64,000 bases of DNA from positions 22,940,001-23,004,000 of the forward strand of contig NC_043005.1 of assembly GCF_006345805.1 (NCBI RefSeq), in the 5' to 3' direction. Below, piece after piece: positions 47,648-62,044 of the stretch. A model generated the notes under the pieces. It made no database searches, was not told the DNA's origin, and saw only the letters and a program-made list of their open reading frames with translations. Position 1 is the first letter of the stretch. Every line of letters begins with the position of its first letter. The stretch comes from Octopus sinensis. Taxonomy: Eukaryota. Made by a program: the position numbers and the translations under genes.

Positions 47648-48750
47648 TATCATCATCATTTAAGGTCCATTTTCCATGCTGGTATGGGTTGGATGATTAG
47701 ACCAGGGCTGGCCAGCTGAAGAGCTGCTCAGGCACCATATCTGTTTTGGCATGGTTTCTACAACAGGATGCCCTTCCTAACACCAACCACTTTACGGAGT
47801 GTAATGGATGCTTTTACGCAGCACCAGCGTGGGTGCATTAACATGGTAGTAGCACAGGTGCTTTTTATGTGGCACTGGCACCAATAAGCCTGCAAGATTA
47901 GGAACACTCAGCTGAAGAGGGGTGCAGGGGACATGTCTGTATGCATAGATGACCATGTATTTACTTAACTTGATGTGTCTTCTGAAGCACACCAGGAGTC
48001 TCAGTCCCCTGTCATCCCCTCCGTGAGGCCCAACATCTGAAGATCATTTCTCACCACTTCATCCCACAACTTCCTAGGTTTACCCCTTCCACATGTTCCC
48101 TCCACAATTAGAACTTGGAACTTCTTGATGAAACTGTCTTCATTCATATGCATTACATGACCATACCAGCGCAGCCTTCTCTCTTACACACTACATCTGA
48201 TGCCCCATATACCCAGATTTTCTCTCAAACCACTTACACTCTGTTGTATATGTACACTGACATTACTCATCCAGTGAAGCATACTGAAGCCTTTGCATGT
48301 CCTCAGTAGTCACAGCCCATGTTTCAATGCTATGTAGCATAGCTCTTTGTACACAGGCATCACTCTGAGGGAGAGGCCCTTCATTACTAACAGAGGTAGT
48401 AGTTCTCTAAACTTTGCCCAGCTTATTCCCATTCTAGTGGCTATGCTTTTGGAACAACTGCCACCACTGCTAACTTGGTCACCTAAGTAACGGAAACTGT
48501 CAACTACTTCTAAGGATCTCCAATGACATTTGAGGGAGTCAATTTTTTGTACATTCTTTGTGTTTAATGTACCTGTACATCTTCCACATGTAAAGACTAT
48601 TTTCTCTGTTAGTCTTCTAGCAATACCACTGCCCCTCTTATGTGTCCATAGCTTGCACTGAGTACACCATATGGAGTTTCTCTCAATGCCTTCTCTACAT
48701 AGAGAGCAAGGCCATCTCCCAAACAGGATCTGTGACTTGTCCATTTTCCT
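47648..48750 (-). mobile_element. RTE LINE 3' fragment
   Basis: WPCSLCREG...WCTQCKLWTHKR...FRYLGD...WAKFRELLPLL plus RTE 3' UTR. Confidence 0.88.
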
Positions 48751-50557
48751 AATTAGATATAAATATAACTACACCTGTGCTTTGCTTACAATTAGTCTTC
48801 ATGATTGAAGAAACTATGGAAGTGATTGTATTTCTTTGTTGCAGATGAACATATCTTGACAACCACAATGACAGCAACCACCCAACATCCTTAGTCTACA
48901 CTGCAGTAAGAGATAACTAAGCAAAGGAATTTTATAGTGGGAATGGGAATGTACAATTCTCTGAATCACTATCTTTACTATGAAGAAGATCCAGTGACAA
49001 GAGTCACCTAAAATAGTTGGTGTGTCCTCTCGACTTCAAGGGCCTGTCAGAAACCACCTTTTAGCTGTCTGCCACGGCTTGTTTTTCTTTCAGGGTATAC
49101 TCTTCTCATCGTTGTTTTTTGGGTTTTTTCTGAACCCAGACATGAAATGGTAGGTCAATGCAGAGGTCCCTTCCACTATCTCCAAGGATCTCTATTTATC
49201 CCTTTCTTAGACACATGCTTTGACAAGAGCAGAAGGTCCAATCACTTGCAAGTGGCCTTATAATACTCATTCATGATCTGAAGTATTTATTTGTCTTGTA
49301 TATTATTGGTAGATAGTCACTGACCCTAGCTGGGTTTCTCCATCCTTGCATTTGTCCTACTGAATTTGTCAGCTATTCTCATCACCAGATTAACCTGGTA
49401 GGATGGGAGTACTGGTTTGGTCACCTGTGACCAATTGTATTGTAGTAGATTACAAAACACTGGTAATACTTGGAGTGACCTGAAGCGTACATTACATACA
49501 CACAGTCAATAACTCACAAAGAATCCTTATAAAACTCATTCATCCTTTTATAAACATACAAACAATGGGTATTAAAGATACAATCACTGTTCTATGAAGA
49601 TACAGAGAATGCTTTTTTTTTTAAATACTTACTCTCTCTCACATACAGATACACATACCACATAAGATGAGAATCAAAACTAATAGATGAAAACATTGCA
49701 CTAAAATTCAAAAGCCTTTCAAACATTGCACTAAGTTCAAAAGCCTTTCAAAAGTATTTGAAAATGAAAAATGACCAACAATAATAACATTATTTAATAA
49801 TAATAATAATAATAATAATAATTACTATTAACAATGCTAAGGTTTTGTTATATATCAAATACAAACTTAACAAAAACGTATTCTACCTGAACAAAAGAAA
49901 AAGAAAATAATTGAAATAAATGGTTATAAATAAAACTGCATAGTCATCCTGTGTTACATTACCTCAGCTGTTAAATAGGAACTGCATCACAAGAGATGAC
50001 AAACACAACAAACAATTATGTGGAAGGGACAAAAGTAAAAAAAGAAAATGGAATATAATGATATAAAGTATTAATTATTATATTTTAGATAAAACAAATT
50101 CAAGAACTTCCGTTGTTTGTTTCATTGATGACAGGAAGAGAAGTAGAGTCCATGACCTTCACATATAAGCGCCACCACCTACCTCTGAGAGGTGAGAATG
50201 GTGTGAAATGAGTAACACTCAGTTTGAGCATCTGTAAGTCAATATATCTTTTTTTCCCAAAATTAAGTGGATGTTAAATCAAATAAATTATAAATATGAT
50301 ACAGAATCCAAAAGCAGGCATCTCATCTTTAATTGAACAGCAGTTAAGTCATTTGAGTTTGAAAGGGCATCCAGCTGTAGAAACCATGCCAGAACAGACA
50401 TAGCACCTGAACAGCCCTTCAGTTGGCCAGTTCCTGTCAAACCGTACAACCCATGCCAGCATGGAAAGTGGATGTTAAATGATGACGATGATAACGATGA
50501 TGTAATATTAATATATTTTATATATTATTATGATGAATTAATGATAACTTTTAATTT

Positions 50558-51890
50558 TGGTACATGGAAGCAATGTCTAGAACTGAAGGGCCTTAGAGTT
50601 AACCAAGCAAAAACCAAAGTCTTAGTAAGTAGGAAAGCAGACAAATCACAAATTTCTTCAGGTAGATGGCCCAGCTCAACCTGTAGAAAAAGCAGAGGTA
50701 CAAACTCCATAAGACATACCCAGTGTAAGCTATGGACACATAAGAGGTGCAGCAATATCAGAGGAAGGTAAACAAGGAAAATAGCTTTTCTGTGTAGAAG
50801 AAGGACAAGTACAATAAACACTGAAAATGTACAGAAAATAGACTCCATCAACTGCCAGTGAGGTAAATAGAAGTAGTATATAGCTTCCATTATCTAGGTG
50901 ACCAAGTTAGTAGTGGAGGTGGATGCTCCAAGAGAGTAGCCGTGAGAATAAGAATAGATTAGGCAAAGTTCAGATAGCTCCTACCTCTGCTGGCAACAAA
51001 GGGCCTCTCCCTCAGAGTGAAAGGCAGATTGTATGATGCACATGTGAAAACAGCTATGCTACACGGCAGTGAAACATGAGCTGTGACAGACAAGGACATA
51101 TGTAGGCTTGAAAGAAATGAAGCCAGTATGTTTCACTGGATGTGCAATGTCAGTGTGCATGTTCGACAGAGTGTAAGCATCTTGAGAAAAATGTTGGGCA
51201 TAAGAGGCATCAGATATGGTGTGCAAGAGAGTTGACTGTGCTGGTATCATCATGTGATGTGTATAGACAAGGACAGCTATGTAAAGAAGTGCCTATCTCT
51301 AATTGTGGAGGGATTCTGTGGTAGAGGTAGACCCAAGAAGTCATAGGACAAGGTGGTGGTCTTCAAACTTTGGGCCTCATAGAGGTAATGACTAGTGACT
51401 GAGACCTCTGGCAATATGCTGTGCTTGAGAAGACCCATCAAGCAAAGTGAAATCATAATTGTAACTAATGCTGGTGTCATGTAACTGGCACCCATGCCAA
51501 TAGCACATAAAAAGCACCTTTTGAGCATTAAGCCTCACAGAGGCAAGGTGGCCAATACCGGTGGCACATGAAAAGCACCTTTCATGTGTTGGGCCTCAGA
51601 GAGGCAATGATGAATGACTTTGGCATTATGTTGTGCTTGTGAAAAAGACCCATCAAGCCAAATAAAACCGCAGTTGTGGTAGATACTGGTGTAATGCAAA
51701 TGGCACCAGTGCTGGTGGCACATAAAAACACCCATTACACTTTCAGAATGGTTGGCGTTAGGAAGGGCATCCAGCCATAGAAACCATGCCAAATCAGACA
51801 GGAGCCTGGTACAGCTTCCAGTTTGCTAGCCCTGGTCAAATCGTCCAACCCATGCCAATATGAACAATGGATGTTAAGTGATGATGATGA
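50558..51890 (+). mobile_element. RTE LINE 3' fragment
   Basis: WKQCLELKGLRVNQAKTKVL through to 3' UTR and (GAT)n tail. Confidence 0.88.
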
Positions 51891-53521
51891 TTAATGCTTA
51901 TTAAATTGACCTTACAATGTAACTGGTACTTGTTTTTATCACACTCAAACGGGGGAAAATTTTAAATTGATCCTTAATTATTAAAAAAAATTTTTTTTAT
52001 TCTACAGCTAATGAACAAAAGCACCATTGATTACAAGTTTCCAACAGGCAAACCATTCATTGACTGTTTTTCTAGTGATTAGAGTAACCAGGCTGCATCT
52101 AACTTGATGTAAAACAACCAAGTTAATAAAATAGGGGTTGCCAATACACATTGCATGTACACACACATCATATATGCATGTATGTACATATATATATGTA
52201 TGTATATATATATTGAATAATACAGTTATGGAGACTCACATACACTGATCGCCACACTTCTGTTGTAAGTCTAGTGCCCACAGCACCATCAATTTGTGAT
52301 CGATGGTGCTATGAGTACCAAACTTATGACATATACAGACAGACATATGGATTGATAGATAGATAGATGTAAAGATATATGATGGACTTCTGTACAGTTT
52401 TTGTCAAACAAAAGCCAATCACAAAGTATTGGCCAACCCAAGTCTATGATAGAAGATGGTTATTCAAATGGTACACAGTGAAATAGAACCTAGAACCATG
52501 TAAATGAAAGTAAGCAGCTAGAATAAAGTAGTGTATTCCAAGTCCTACTGGTTCTGATGTCTGACATTTTTGATACAAGTTGAAAGTATGATTTTTTTTT
52601 ATATTTAAATAATTAGTTATCCCATAATAATATTTCAATAAAACAAAAGAGAAAAACGATATTTAAAAGTTAATATATGTAACATTTCTACAATTTCTAT
52701 CATAGTTTTTTTTTATTCTTTCTGTAACACTGTCCATTCGTAAAACATTCATCAATGTACTGGAGGACAGCATCAAAGTGACATATGGGCATCGGGGACA
52801 AAACAGCCACCATCAAATGAAAAAGAAGGTCCTCACAAAAAATATACTAAAATGATGAAAACAAGAATAACTTCAATTCTAAGTTTGTAAAACAACTATG
52901 CAAAACAAACAAAAACTGATGACTATACAAGGTCTTAACAATATGATCATGCAAAACTGAAGTGTACTTCACTGAATATTTATGGATATAAATGTCATGA
53001 ATCATGCATGTACACACAAACATGCATGTGCAAGCATTTATGCAAAATTGAATAATTTAAATATCCAATTATGTGTATTAATAAATACATTAATCATCAT
53101 TGCTGTATACATATGAATAATTTTAAATACACTGATATATGCAATGATGAAGATGTAGACATATCATCACTGCTGCATCTAAATAACTGTTATTTCAAAA
53201 AAAAAAAAAAAAAAAACACCTGATGGTTTATAAACATTTAATTTTTGATTTCAAATTTAGGCACAAGGTCAATAATGTTGTGGGTAAAGTCAGGGATAAG
53301 TTGATTACATTGACGCCCAGTGCTCAACTGGTATTGTTTTTATCAATACCAAAAGGATGAAAGGCAAAGTCAACCTCAGCAGAATTTGAACTCAGAATGT
53401 AAAGATGGATGAATGCTACTCAGCATTTTTGCCTGCCGTGCTAATGTTTCTGGCATGCTATGATAAACATAAATAATATATATGAATATGATATAATATA
53501 ATATACACATATATGATATAT

Positions 53522-53840
53522 ATCCGACTCGTGGCCGATGCCAGCACCGATCCGACTCGTGGCCGATGCCAGCACCGCCTCGACTGGCTTCCGTGCCGGT
53601 GGCACATAAAATACACCAATCTGACCGTGGCCGTTGCCAGCCCCGCCTGGCACCTGTGCAGGTGGCACGTAAAAAGCACCCACTACACTCACGGAGTGGT
53701 TGGCGTTAGGAAGGGCATCCAGCTGTAGAAACATTGCCAAATTAGACTGGAGCCTGGTGCAGCCTTCTGGCTTCCCAGAACCCCGGTCGAACCGTCCAAC
53801 CCATGCTAGCATGGAGAACGGACGTTAAACGACGACGATG
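53522..53840 (+). mobile_element. Young RTE 3' end with 28-bp tandem duplication at its 5' junction
   Basis: ATCCGACTCGTGGCCGATGCCAGCACCG x2; CpG-rich; GACGACGATG tail. Confidence 0.8.
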
Positions 53841-53961
53841 CTATATATTATATATATATATATATCATACATATATGATAAATATATGTGTGTGTGTGTG
53901 TGCTATATAGGATATGTATTATATATATATATAAATATTCTCTAGTTTCAGCTCAGAGCTA

Positions 53962-54428
53962 TGAGAATTAAAATAGTAAAAAAAGGGGGAAATTACGGTT
54001 TCTCAGACCTTTAAACAATCTTCCATCCAGGTTTCGAAACCGCAGCTCCAAATCACCACACAAACACAAGATGCTGACATCACCCACCTCCAGTCCAACG
54101 AAATTCCACAAACACCAGTTGCTGACGTCACATAATTCCAAACCAATCAAAATCGAACTTCAACGAATACAACGAAAAGACCCTTTAAGAGAACCAACCA
54201 GCCAGAATGACCTATAACCATATCTTGCAAGGAAACCAACCAATCAGAACAAACTTGACCATGGAAGAAAAATGTCATCAATTTTTTAACAGATCAAAAT
54301 CAGATCCACTTGCAGAAAAAAATTTATAAATACATCTTTCCCTAAAACATACCATTGCAAGGGGAAGCGACTGTTTAAAGATCTGAGAAACCGTAATTTC
54401 CCCCTTTTTTTTACTATTTTAATTTTCA
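53962..54428. mobile_element. MITE-like element with about 56-bp terminal inverted repeats
   Basis: AATTAAAATAGTAAAAAAAGGGGGAAATTACGGTTTCTCAGA.CTTTAAACA mirrored at 54372-54428; no TSD recognised. Confidence 0.75.
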
Positions 54429-54820
54429 CACTAGTTTTTTTCAGTATGACTTGTTGACCACCACTGAAATTAATGAACCTTGTACATTCTAACAAATTAA
54501 TATACAGTTTTAATTTCAAACTTACATCTTCTGTTTTCAACATGATAATTTATCAACATTGAAACATTTTAATTTAACAACATTGAAACATTTCAGTTTG
54601 TCAAGATTGAAACATTTTGATTTATCAACATTGAAACTTATAACGATGTTTTTCTAATTTTACACTTTTACCATTGATAAACAAAAAATATTGTTGGAAC
54701 TAGTTTAGTATATATGTAAATAAATGTATTTTAAACATTTACGAGCTTTGAAATTCAAGTACATTTTCAACACATTTTCCTATATTTTTTTCCTGCATGG
54801 AAACACTACTCCCTCTTTTG

Positions 54821-54872
<52 letters not shown>

Positions 54873-55492
54873 ATACACACATCATCATCATCAGCAGCAG
54901 CATTATCCTCATAATCAATTTAATTTCACTTTTCTTCAACACTGACATAGCTTTGGCAAGTTTGCAATAAAGTATATCTGCAATACTTTCAAGATTGGGT
55001 TTTCCTCGCTTTTATGCCCAGATCTGACCTCATTATTTTTTCTTCATAAACATGTCTTAGATCTGATACCTACACTTTTCCCAATATAACTGTATCAGAG
55101 CTTCTTCTTTACATTTTTGTGTGTGTGCATGAGGGAGAGAGAGAGAGAGAGAAGAGCTAGGGAGAGACAGACAGGCAGAGCATATATGTATAGATAGACA
55201 GACAGAATGTTATGTACACTATCTAAATTTGAAATTAGATACAACAAAAACATTGTCAACAAATGACTACATGAAACTTGCAATTTCTATAACTATTTTA
55301 TTGCGCGTGTGTGTGTGTGTGTGAGTGCATATTTGGCACAGGTGTGGTTGTGTCATTAGTTCATGCCACAACCACCTGGTTTCAGGTTTAGTTCCACTAT
55401 GCAGGTCACCTTAACCTTAACATTTATGTTATGATTTTACCAAGATTAAGTGCAGGGAAAGCAGTAGAATCATCACTGATCAAATTAATTTA

Positions 55493-58400
55493 CATCATCA
55501 TCATCATTGTTTAACGTCTACTTTCCATGCTAGCATGGGTTAGATGATTTGACTGATGACTGGCGACTCACATGGCTGCACCAGGCTCCAATCTGATCTG
55601 GCAGAGTTTCTACAGCTGGATGCCCTTCCCAATGCCAACAGCTCCAAGAGTGTAGTGGGTGCTTTTACGTGCCACTGGCACAAGGGCCAGTCAGGTGGTA
55701 CTGGCAATGGCCACATTCAAATGGTGCTTTTTACATGCCACCTGCACAGGAGCCAGTCCAGCTGCACTGGCAACGACCTCACTCAAATGTTTTTTAATGT
55801 GCCAGCAGCATTTTTACGTGCCACTGGCATAGAAGCCAGTCAGCTGCTCTGGCAACGATCATGCTCAGATGGTGCCCTTAGTGCTCCACTGGCACAGGTG
55901 CCACTCATCAAAGTTGATTCGATTTTGATTTCACTTGCCTCAACAGGTCTTTGTAAACAGAGTTTAGTGTCCAATGAAGTAAAGGTACACATAAGTGGGC
56001 TGGTTACACCCCTGGCATAGGCCACTTGGCTTGCCAGGTCCTCTCACACACTGCATATTTCCAAAGGTCTCGGTCACTAGTCATTGCCTCAGTGAGGCCT
56101 AATGTTTGAAGGTTGTGCTTCACTGCCTCATCCCAGGTCTTCCTGAGTCTACCTCTTCCACAGATTCCCTCAACCGCTAGGGTGTGGCACTTTTTCACAC
56201 AGCTATCCTCATCCATTCTCGCCACATGACCATTCCAGTGCAGTCGTCTCTCTTGCACACCACATCTGATGCTTCTCGGGCCCAACTTTTCTCTCAAGGT
56301 ACTTACACTCTGTCGAGTATGCACACTGACATTACACATCCATCGGAGCATACTGGCTTCATTTCTTGCGAGCTTACGCATGTCCTCAGCAGTCATGGCC
56401 CATGTTTGACTGCTATGTAGCATGGCTGTTCATACACATGCGTCATACAGTCTACCTTTTACTCTGAGCGAGAGGCCCTTTGTCGCCAGCAGAAGTAAGA
56501 GCTCTCTGAACTTTGCCTAGGCTTTTCTTATTCTAGCAGCTATACTTTCAGTGCACCCTGCCCAGCTATTGACTTGGTCACCTAGGTAACAGAAGCTATC
56601 AACTACTTCTAGTTTTTCTCCCTGGAATGTGGCGGAAGTTGTTCTCTGCACATTTTCAGTGTTTATTGCTCCTGAGCATCTGCCACATACAAAAACTATC
56701 TTCTCAGTTAGCCTTCCTTTGATATTGCTGCACCACTTATGTGTCCATAGCTTACACCAGGTACATCTTATATAGTTTCTATCTACGCCTTTTCTACAGA
56801 TGAAACAGGGCCATCTACCTGAAGGGATTTATAGTTTGTCTGCCTTCCTACTTATTAGGACTTTGGTTTTAGCTAGGTTAACTCTAAGGCCCTTCAATTC
56901 TAATCCTTGTTTCCACACTTGAAACTTCCCCTCTAGTTCTGATAGTGACTCAGCAATTATAGCAAGGTCATCAGCATAGAGGAGCTTCCAGGGGCATCCT
57001 GTCTTGAATTCCTCTGTTATTGCCTGGAGGACTATGATAAATAGAAGGGGGCTGAGGACTGAACCTTGGTGGACCCCTATCTCTACTCTGAATTCTTCAG
57101 GGTACTCCTTGCCAACTCTCACCTTACTTACAGTGTGCCTGTACATGGTTTGCACAGCTCTCACTAACTATTCATCTATCCCTAGTTTCCTCATTGACCA
57201 CCAGATAAGGGATCAGGGGACTCTGTCAAAGGCTTTTTTCATGTCAACAAAAGCCAGGTAAAGAGGTTTATCTTTGGCTACGTATTTCTCCTGCAGCTGT
57301 CTTACTAGAAATATAGCATCAGTGGTGCTTTTCCCTGGCACAAACCCAAACTGCATCTCATCTAAACTGACTCTCTCCCTAATTAGTTGGGCTATGACCC
57401 TCTCTGTGACCTTCATTACCTGATCCAACAACTTGATACCTCTGTAATTATTTGTATCTAAAGCATCACCTTTACCTTTGTAGCAGTTGACTATAGTGCT
57501 GCTACACCAATCATTCAGTATGACTCCTTTGTGTATCACCTGGTTAACTATACGGGTGACTAGGCTAATGCCAACACTGCCAGATATTTTGAGCATCTCT
57601 GCAGTGATTCCTGATGGGTTGGGGGCTTTCCCTGTCTTCAAACTCTTAATTGCTTTATCTACCAAGGCACTCTCAATTTGGATAGCTGGTCCCTCTGTTG
57701 GGTTGACATTCGGCAGACTCTCTTTCTGCCATTCACTATATCCTCTTCTATTTCGTCAAAGCTTCGAGTAATATGTCTCTAAATCTTTGTCCATTTGTAG
57801 GATCTTTCAGCTTCTAGACCCTTCTCCTCCATGCTGGTCGTCTTCTGGGCATCCACTTAGCCCTGATCCTACCAGTCACTAACTACCAGTCTATGTTGTG
57901 GGGTACATCCTTCGCTTGGGAAGGTTTTGGCATTTATAAGCAGCCATCTTTCCCTTTTTCTGACAAGGATGTAGTCAATTTGGCTAGTGTGTCTGCCAGA
58001 ATGGTAGGTGACTAGGTGACTGGCAAGTTTCCTGATGTTAGCATTGCAAACCATAAGATCGTTTGCATTGCAGAACTTCAGCAGCCTGGTTCCCTCCTCA
58101 TTGTGGGAACCAAAACCGTAGCCTCCATGTACGCCATGGAAGCCCCCTGTATGTCGTCCAACATGTCCATTGAAGTCACCAGCCACAAAGAGAAGGTCCG
58201 TGTCATTCGTCAACAAGGTAGTCTGCAAGAGGGTGTCATAAAATTGGTTTTTCTGTCCATCGTGCAGCCCCAGCTGAGGGGCATAGTCTGAGATAATGGT
58301 TGCTAACCCATGATGAAGCACTAATCTAATCTTAAGTATTCTGTCGCATACTCTGACTACCTTGATTACCTTATCAACCCATTTCCCCGCATGAAGTATA

Positions 58401-58690
58401 CCCACGCCCCCAACCTCATCAGCGTTCCCTGCCCAGAAAATCTTGTACCTGTGTTCTTTGCCTGTGAGGAACCTAGCAGAACCGCCTCTCCACCTTACTT
58501 CTTGGAGGCAGCACAAATCGACACATCTCCGTTCAAGCATCTCAACAGTCTCACTGGACCTACCTTTCAGTGTGCCAACGTTGAGAGTGCCAACCCTGAG
58601 GGTTTGGAAGGTGTAGGCCCTTGAGACCCTGGGACGGGGGACAGCAGCTTAATGTACTTGAAAAGAAAGCTCGCATTTGGCAGAATTCAT
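55493..58690 (-). mobile_element. Near full-length degenerate RTE-clade LINE (APE endonuclease + RT)
   Basis: GTLNVGTL, CLQEVRW, AGDFNGHVG, SQIDY, QHRLV (APE); NYRGIKLL, QFGF, FVDMKKAFD, HQGSVLSP, LYADD (RT); coding sequence interrupted at about 57737-57868; (GAT)n tail. Confidence 0.95.
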
Positions 58691-59307
58691 AAACAAACAA
58701 TAGCTTTCAATTCAACCTGCATACACTTCACCATCATATTTATGCACTATATGATCACTACCTTACATAGGAGATAAACCGTAAATAGGGGTGGGGATGG
58801 CGTAAAGCCTTTAGAAGTGTTTATGAGAGACAACCAAAGGATGATAGACGATAGGAACTTCCGGTACAAGTGGAGGGGGGCAGACATACCGTGAACTAGC
58901 AAATTTACACAAGAGCATCTTCTGGATATGTATTCTTTCGGCGGAGGTATTAAAAAAAAAATCGAGTAGGGGGAATCCAAGTTCATGCATTAGTTTATAT
59001 AGCGTGGGGATGGAAGAGGAAGTCTTGGCAAAGCAAGCGGTAATCGAGAGAGAGAGAAACAGACAGACAGACAGTCAGTGAGGCCAAGAGAGAGAGATGG
59101 AGTACCAGAGTTAAGATGGTCAGAACATGAGGGAGAAAAATATTCTTTTGGGATTTGGGTAGCATAAATTAACGAAACAGCAAATGTTGATAATAGTAAA
59201 ATAGAATTTTACATAATGATACAAAAGAATTAGACTTGTTCAGGCTTCGGGTAAAGTTAGAAATGTAGCTTTCAGTTCAATTATATTCCATATAAATTCA
59301 GTTAGGA

Positions 59308-59950
59308 TTATTTGTTGATTTTGAAAATTGTGTGGTTGAAAGAAATTAACCCTTTAGAATGTCTGTTAAGAAAAGTAACCTTAGTAAAGATTTCATATGC
59401 TTTCATAGTACAAAGGTAACAGGGTTTTCTATTGTCAGAGTAAGATTTGGCCTTGGTAAAGATTCTCCAATTTAGGTTAGAGGGTGTATTTTTATTCTTC
59501 AATCCCCAGATGCAGTTTGAAAGAAATGTGGTATTGCAACCAGAAGCATTTATAAGAGGTGAGTTAACCATTTTTGGATTACATTGGTACACAATATCCT
59601 TATTGAACCAGTAAGAGTTCAGAACATACAGAAGAGTCAGTACATTTGCAATTATTAGGATGAGTGGAGAAAGGACTGATTTGATTAATAATGCTATTTT
59701 CATATTACTCTATAATAAAAATTTTATGATACATTACTATGGGAAGTGATTTTGTTTTTTTAAGTACAAAGGAGAAACTTTTAGCTGTGAGTGTAGCTTC
59801 TTCTAGAACATAAGCTAGATTGAACAAGCCTATGTTCCTTTTCTTGTTTCTATGGTGAGCTATCTTCAGTATGAGTTCAGTATATGTAATTTTCTTCTTG
59901 TCTTTTAGAAGTTCATTATAATACCTAGAATGACTATAAAATTTTGCATG
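59308..59950 (-). mobile_element. Penelope-like element GIY-YIG remnant
   Basis: IVYQC...TFLSNCIWGLKNKNTPSNLNWRIFTKAKSYS...CYLCTMKAYEI...FLNRHS. Confidence 0.7.
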
Positions 59951-61760
59951 TTTACAAAAAGATTAATCTAAATGGAGCACTGCCCGTGTAATAAAGGATG
60001 ATATCACACTTTTTACTGCTAGCCATCATTCTTTCTTTCCCTCTCACATCACTCTTTAATGACATCTACAGTTCTCACCCATCATCACCCATTTCTATCG
60101 CTATTTATCATTTGTTCCCTCTTACCATCACTTATCCTTTAATCCTTCACTCTCTCCCAGACACATTGCTCTATTACTCCCTGCTCCATTACCCCTCCTT
60201 TCATCACCTTGCTTTTCTCTAACATTTCTTTATCTCTCTCTCCATGCTGCATCAGCAGCCAATCTATAACTGCCCATCATTGTGTCTCTTCACATACTCC
60301 TTCCCATAATACCCTCTTTGTACTCTTTTTATGCATACAATGTCTCCAGCATTATACTCATACCCTATCTTTTTTCACCCTCTTGGTCATCACTCACTCT
60401 TATATTCATCCTCTGAGTCATGTTTGCTTTGAAAAAACAGAATCAATGTTGAGCAGAGAGGACTTTTTGGTCTTTCAGGTGCTATAATAAAATGCCTCTG
60501 GTATAAAGTTACTGGTATAAGAAAGCACATCCAGCTATTGAAACCATGTCAATATCAAACATTCAAGCAAAAAATGGTACTCCAACTCATTTAAGAGGTC
60601 AAAAATCCAAATTGGAACCTATTTGATTAGTGACACCCTATTCCAATTATAACAGTATGGAAAATTAATGATAATGATGATGATTATGATGGGATCATGA
60701 TGATGATAATGATGATCATGATCATGATCTCTATATAGTATATTACATAGAAATGGATTCATTTTTAAAACTCCCCCTCTAACTTTTTCATATCATTCCT
60801 TTTCTTAAAAATGAAAACGGTCTCAGGATTTTTGATAATATCCTATTCAGGAATTGCAATCAAGATGTTTTCTTTATTTTTTTTTTTAATATGATACTTT
60901 TTAATAAAATTAAATAGAAATTGATTAACGATAGAGGAATTAATAACCACAAAATTTTTTTCTACATTTTATATATATTGCACTTATATTTTGTTTTATT
61001 ATATATATTGCACTTATATTTTATTTATATTTAAAAGCTTTAGCTTCACTTTCTATACTTTTGAATGTATTAAGGACGAAAGTGTAATTATAAATGCAAA
61101 CCAAACATATTCATACACTTCAAACATAATCACGATATAGTTTATATAGCCATAAATCCCCTAATTTTCATTTTTTTTAATATTTTAAATTTAAAAAAAT
61201 TTAATCTCTGAGTTTTTGATGCTGAAAATATAAAAATCTGATCACAGTTTTTTGAGAAAAGGGCATGATAAAATAAATGTAGTATTCTTTCGGTTCTTGA
61301 TTACAAAACGAAAGTGAAAATATACATACAGTTGTCGAATTCGATGCGAAACCATAGGCATGTCTACATCAAGTAAACAAACAACTGTGAAATAATACCG
61401 GCACGAGAGAAGATAATCGCCTTTACCCAACAAATCGATACTAACTAGGCTTAAAAAATATAAAGAGCACCATTTCATTTGATGTAATTAAACAGGCGAG
61501 TGAAGGCACGAGACAATCCCGTGTCCCTCCCTCAGTTAAAATCAGGTCTGTTGCACTTGCAAGCTTTCTTAGAACAAATCCTGTTTAGGCGGACTTAGCC
61601 TTTCATCACACTCACGCCGTGCACAAATACAAACATACACACACGCACACATATGTATGTTTTCAGCAGTATGTGAGTGTGTATACGTATGTGTATGAAT
61701 ATTTAAATATATAAACAATTACAGACGCGCACGTGCAAACGCACACGCACGCACACAAAG

Positions 61761-61798
<38 letters not shown>

Positions 61799-61907
61799 AA
61801 ATAATTTATTCCCTATTTCCGGACTTAAATTTTTGTTTCATGAAGAATGTATTCATTAGGTACTTTTTATTTTCTAATTAAATATTTATAAGAGCAATGA
61901 TATGTAA

Positions 61908-61955
<48 letters not shown>

Positions 61956-62044
61956 GCTGGTGTATACACATCCGTTTATCTAATGGCCAAAACTAAAAAT
62001 AGAAAAAGAGGAACAAAGAAAGAAAAAAGGGAATAAACATCAAT

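Noticed and set aside
48978-49022. TGAAGA...GTGAC/GTCAC hairpin resembling a hammerhead
   Set aside because: Lacks C3 and the GAAA box.
49628-49990. Splice-like signals suggesting 5' UTR exons
   Set aside because: No coding or other support; such motifs are common in AT-rich DNA.
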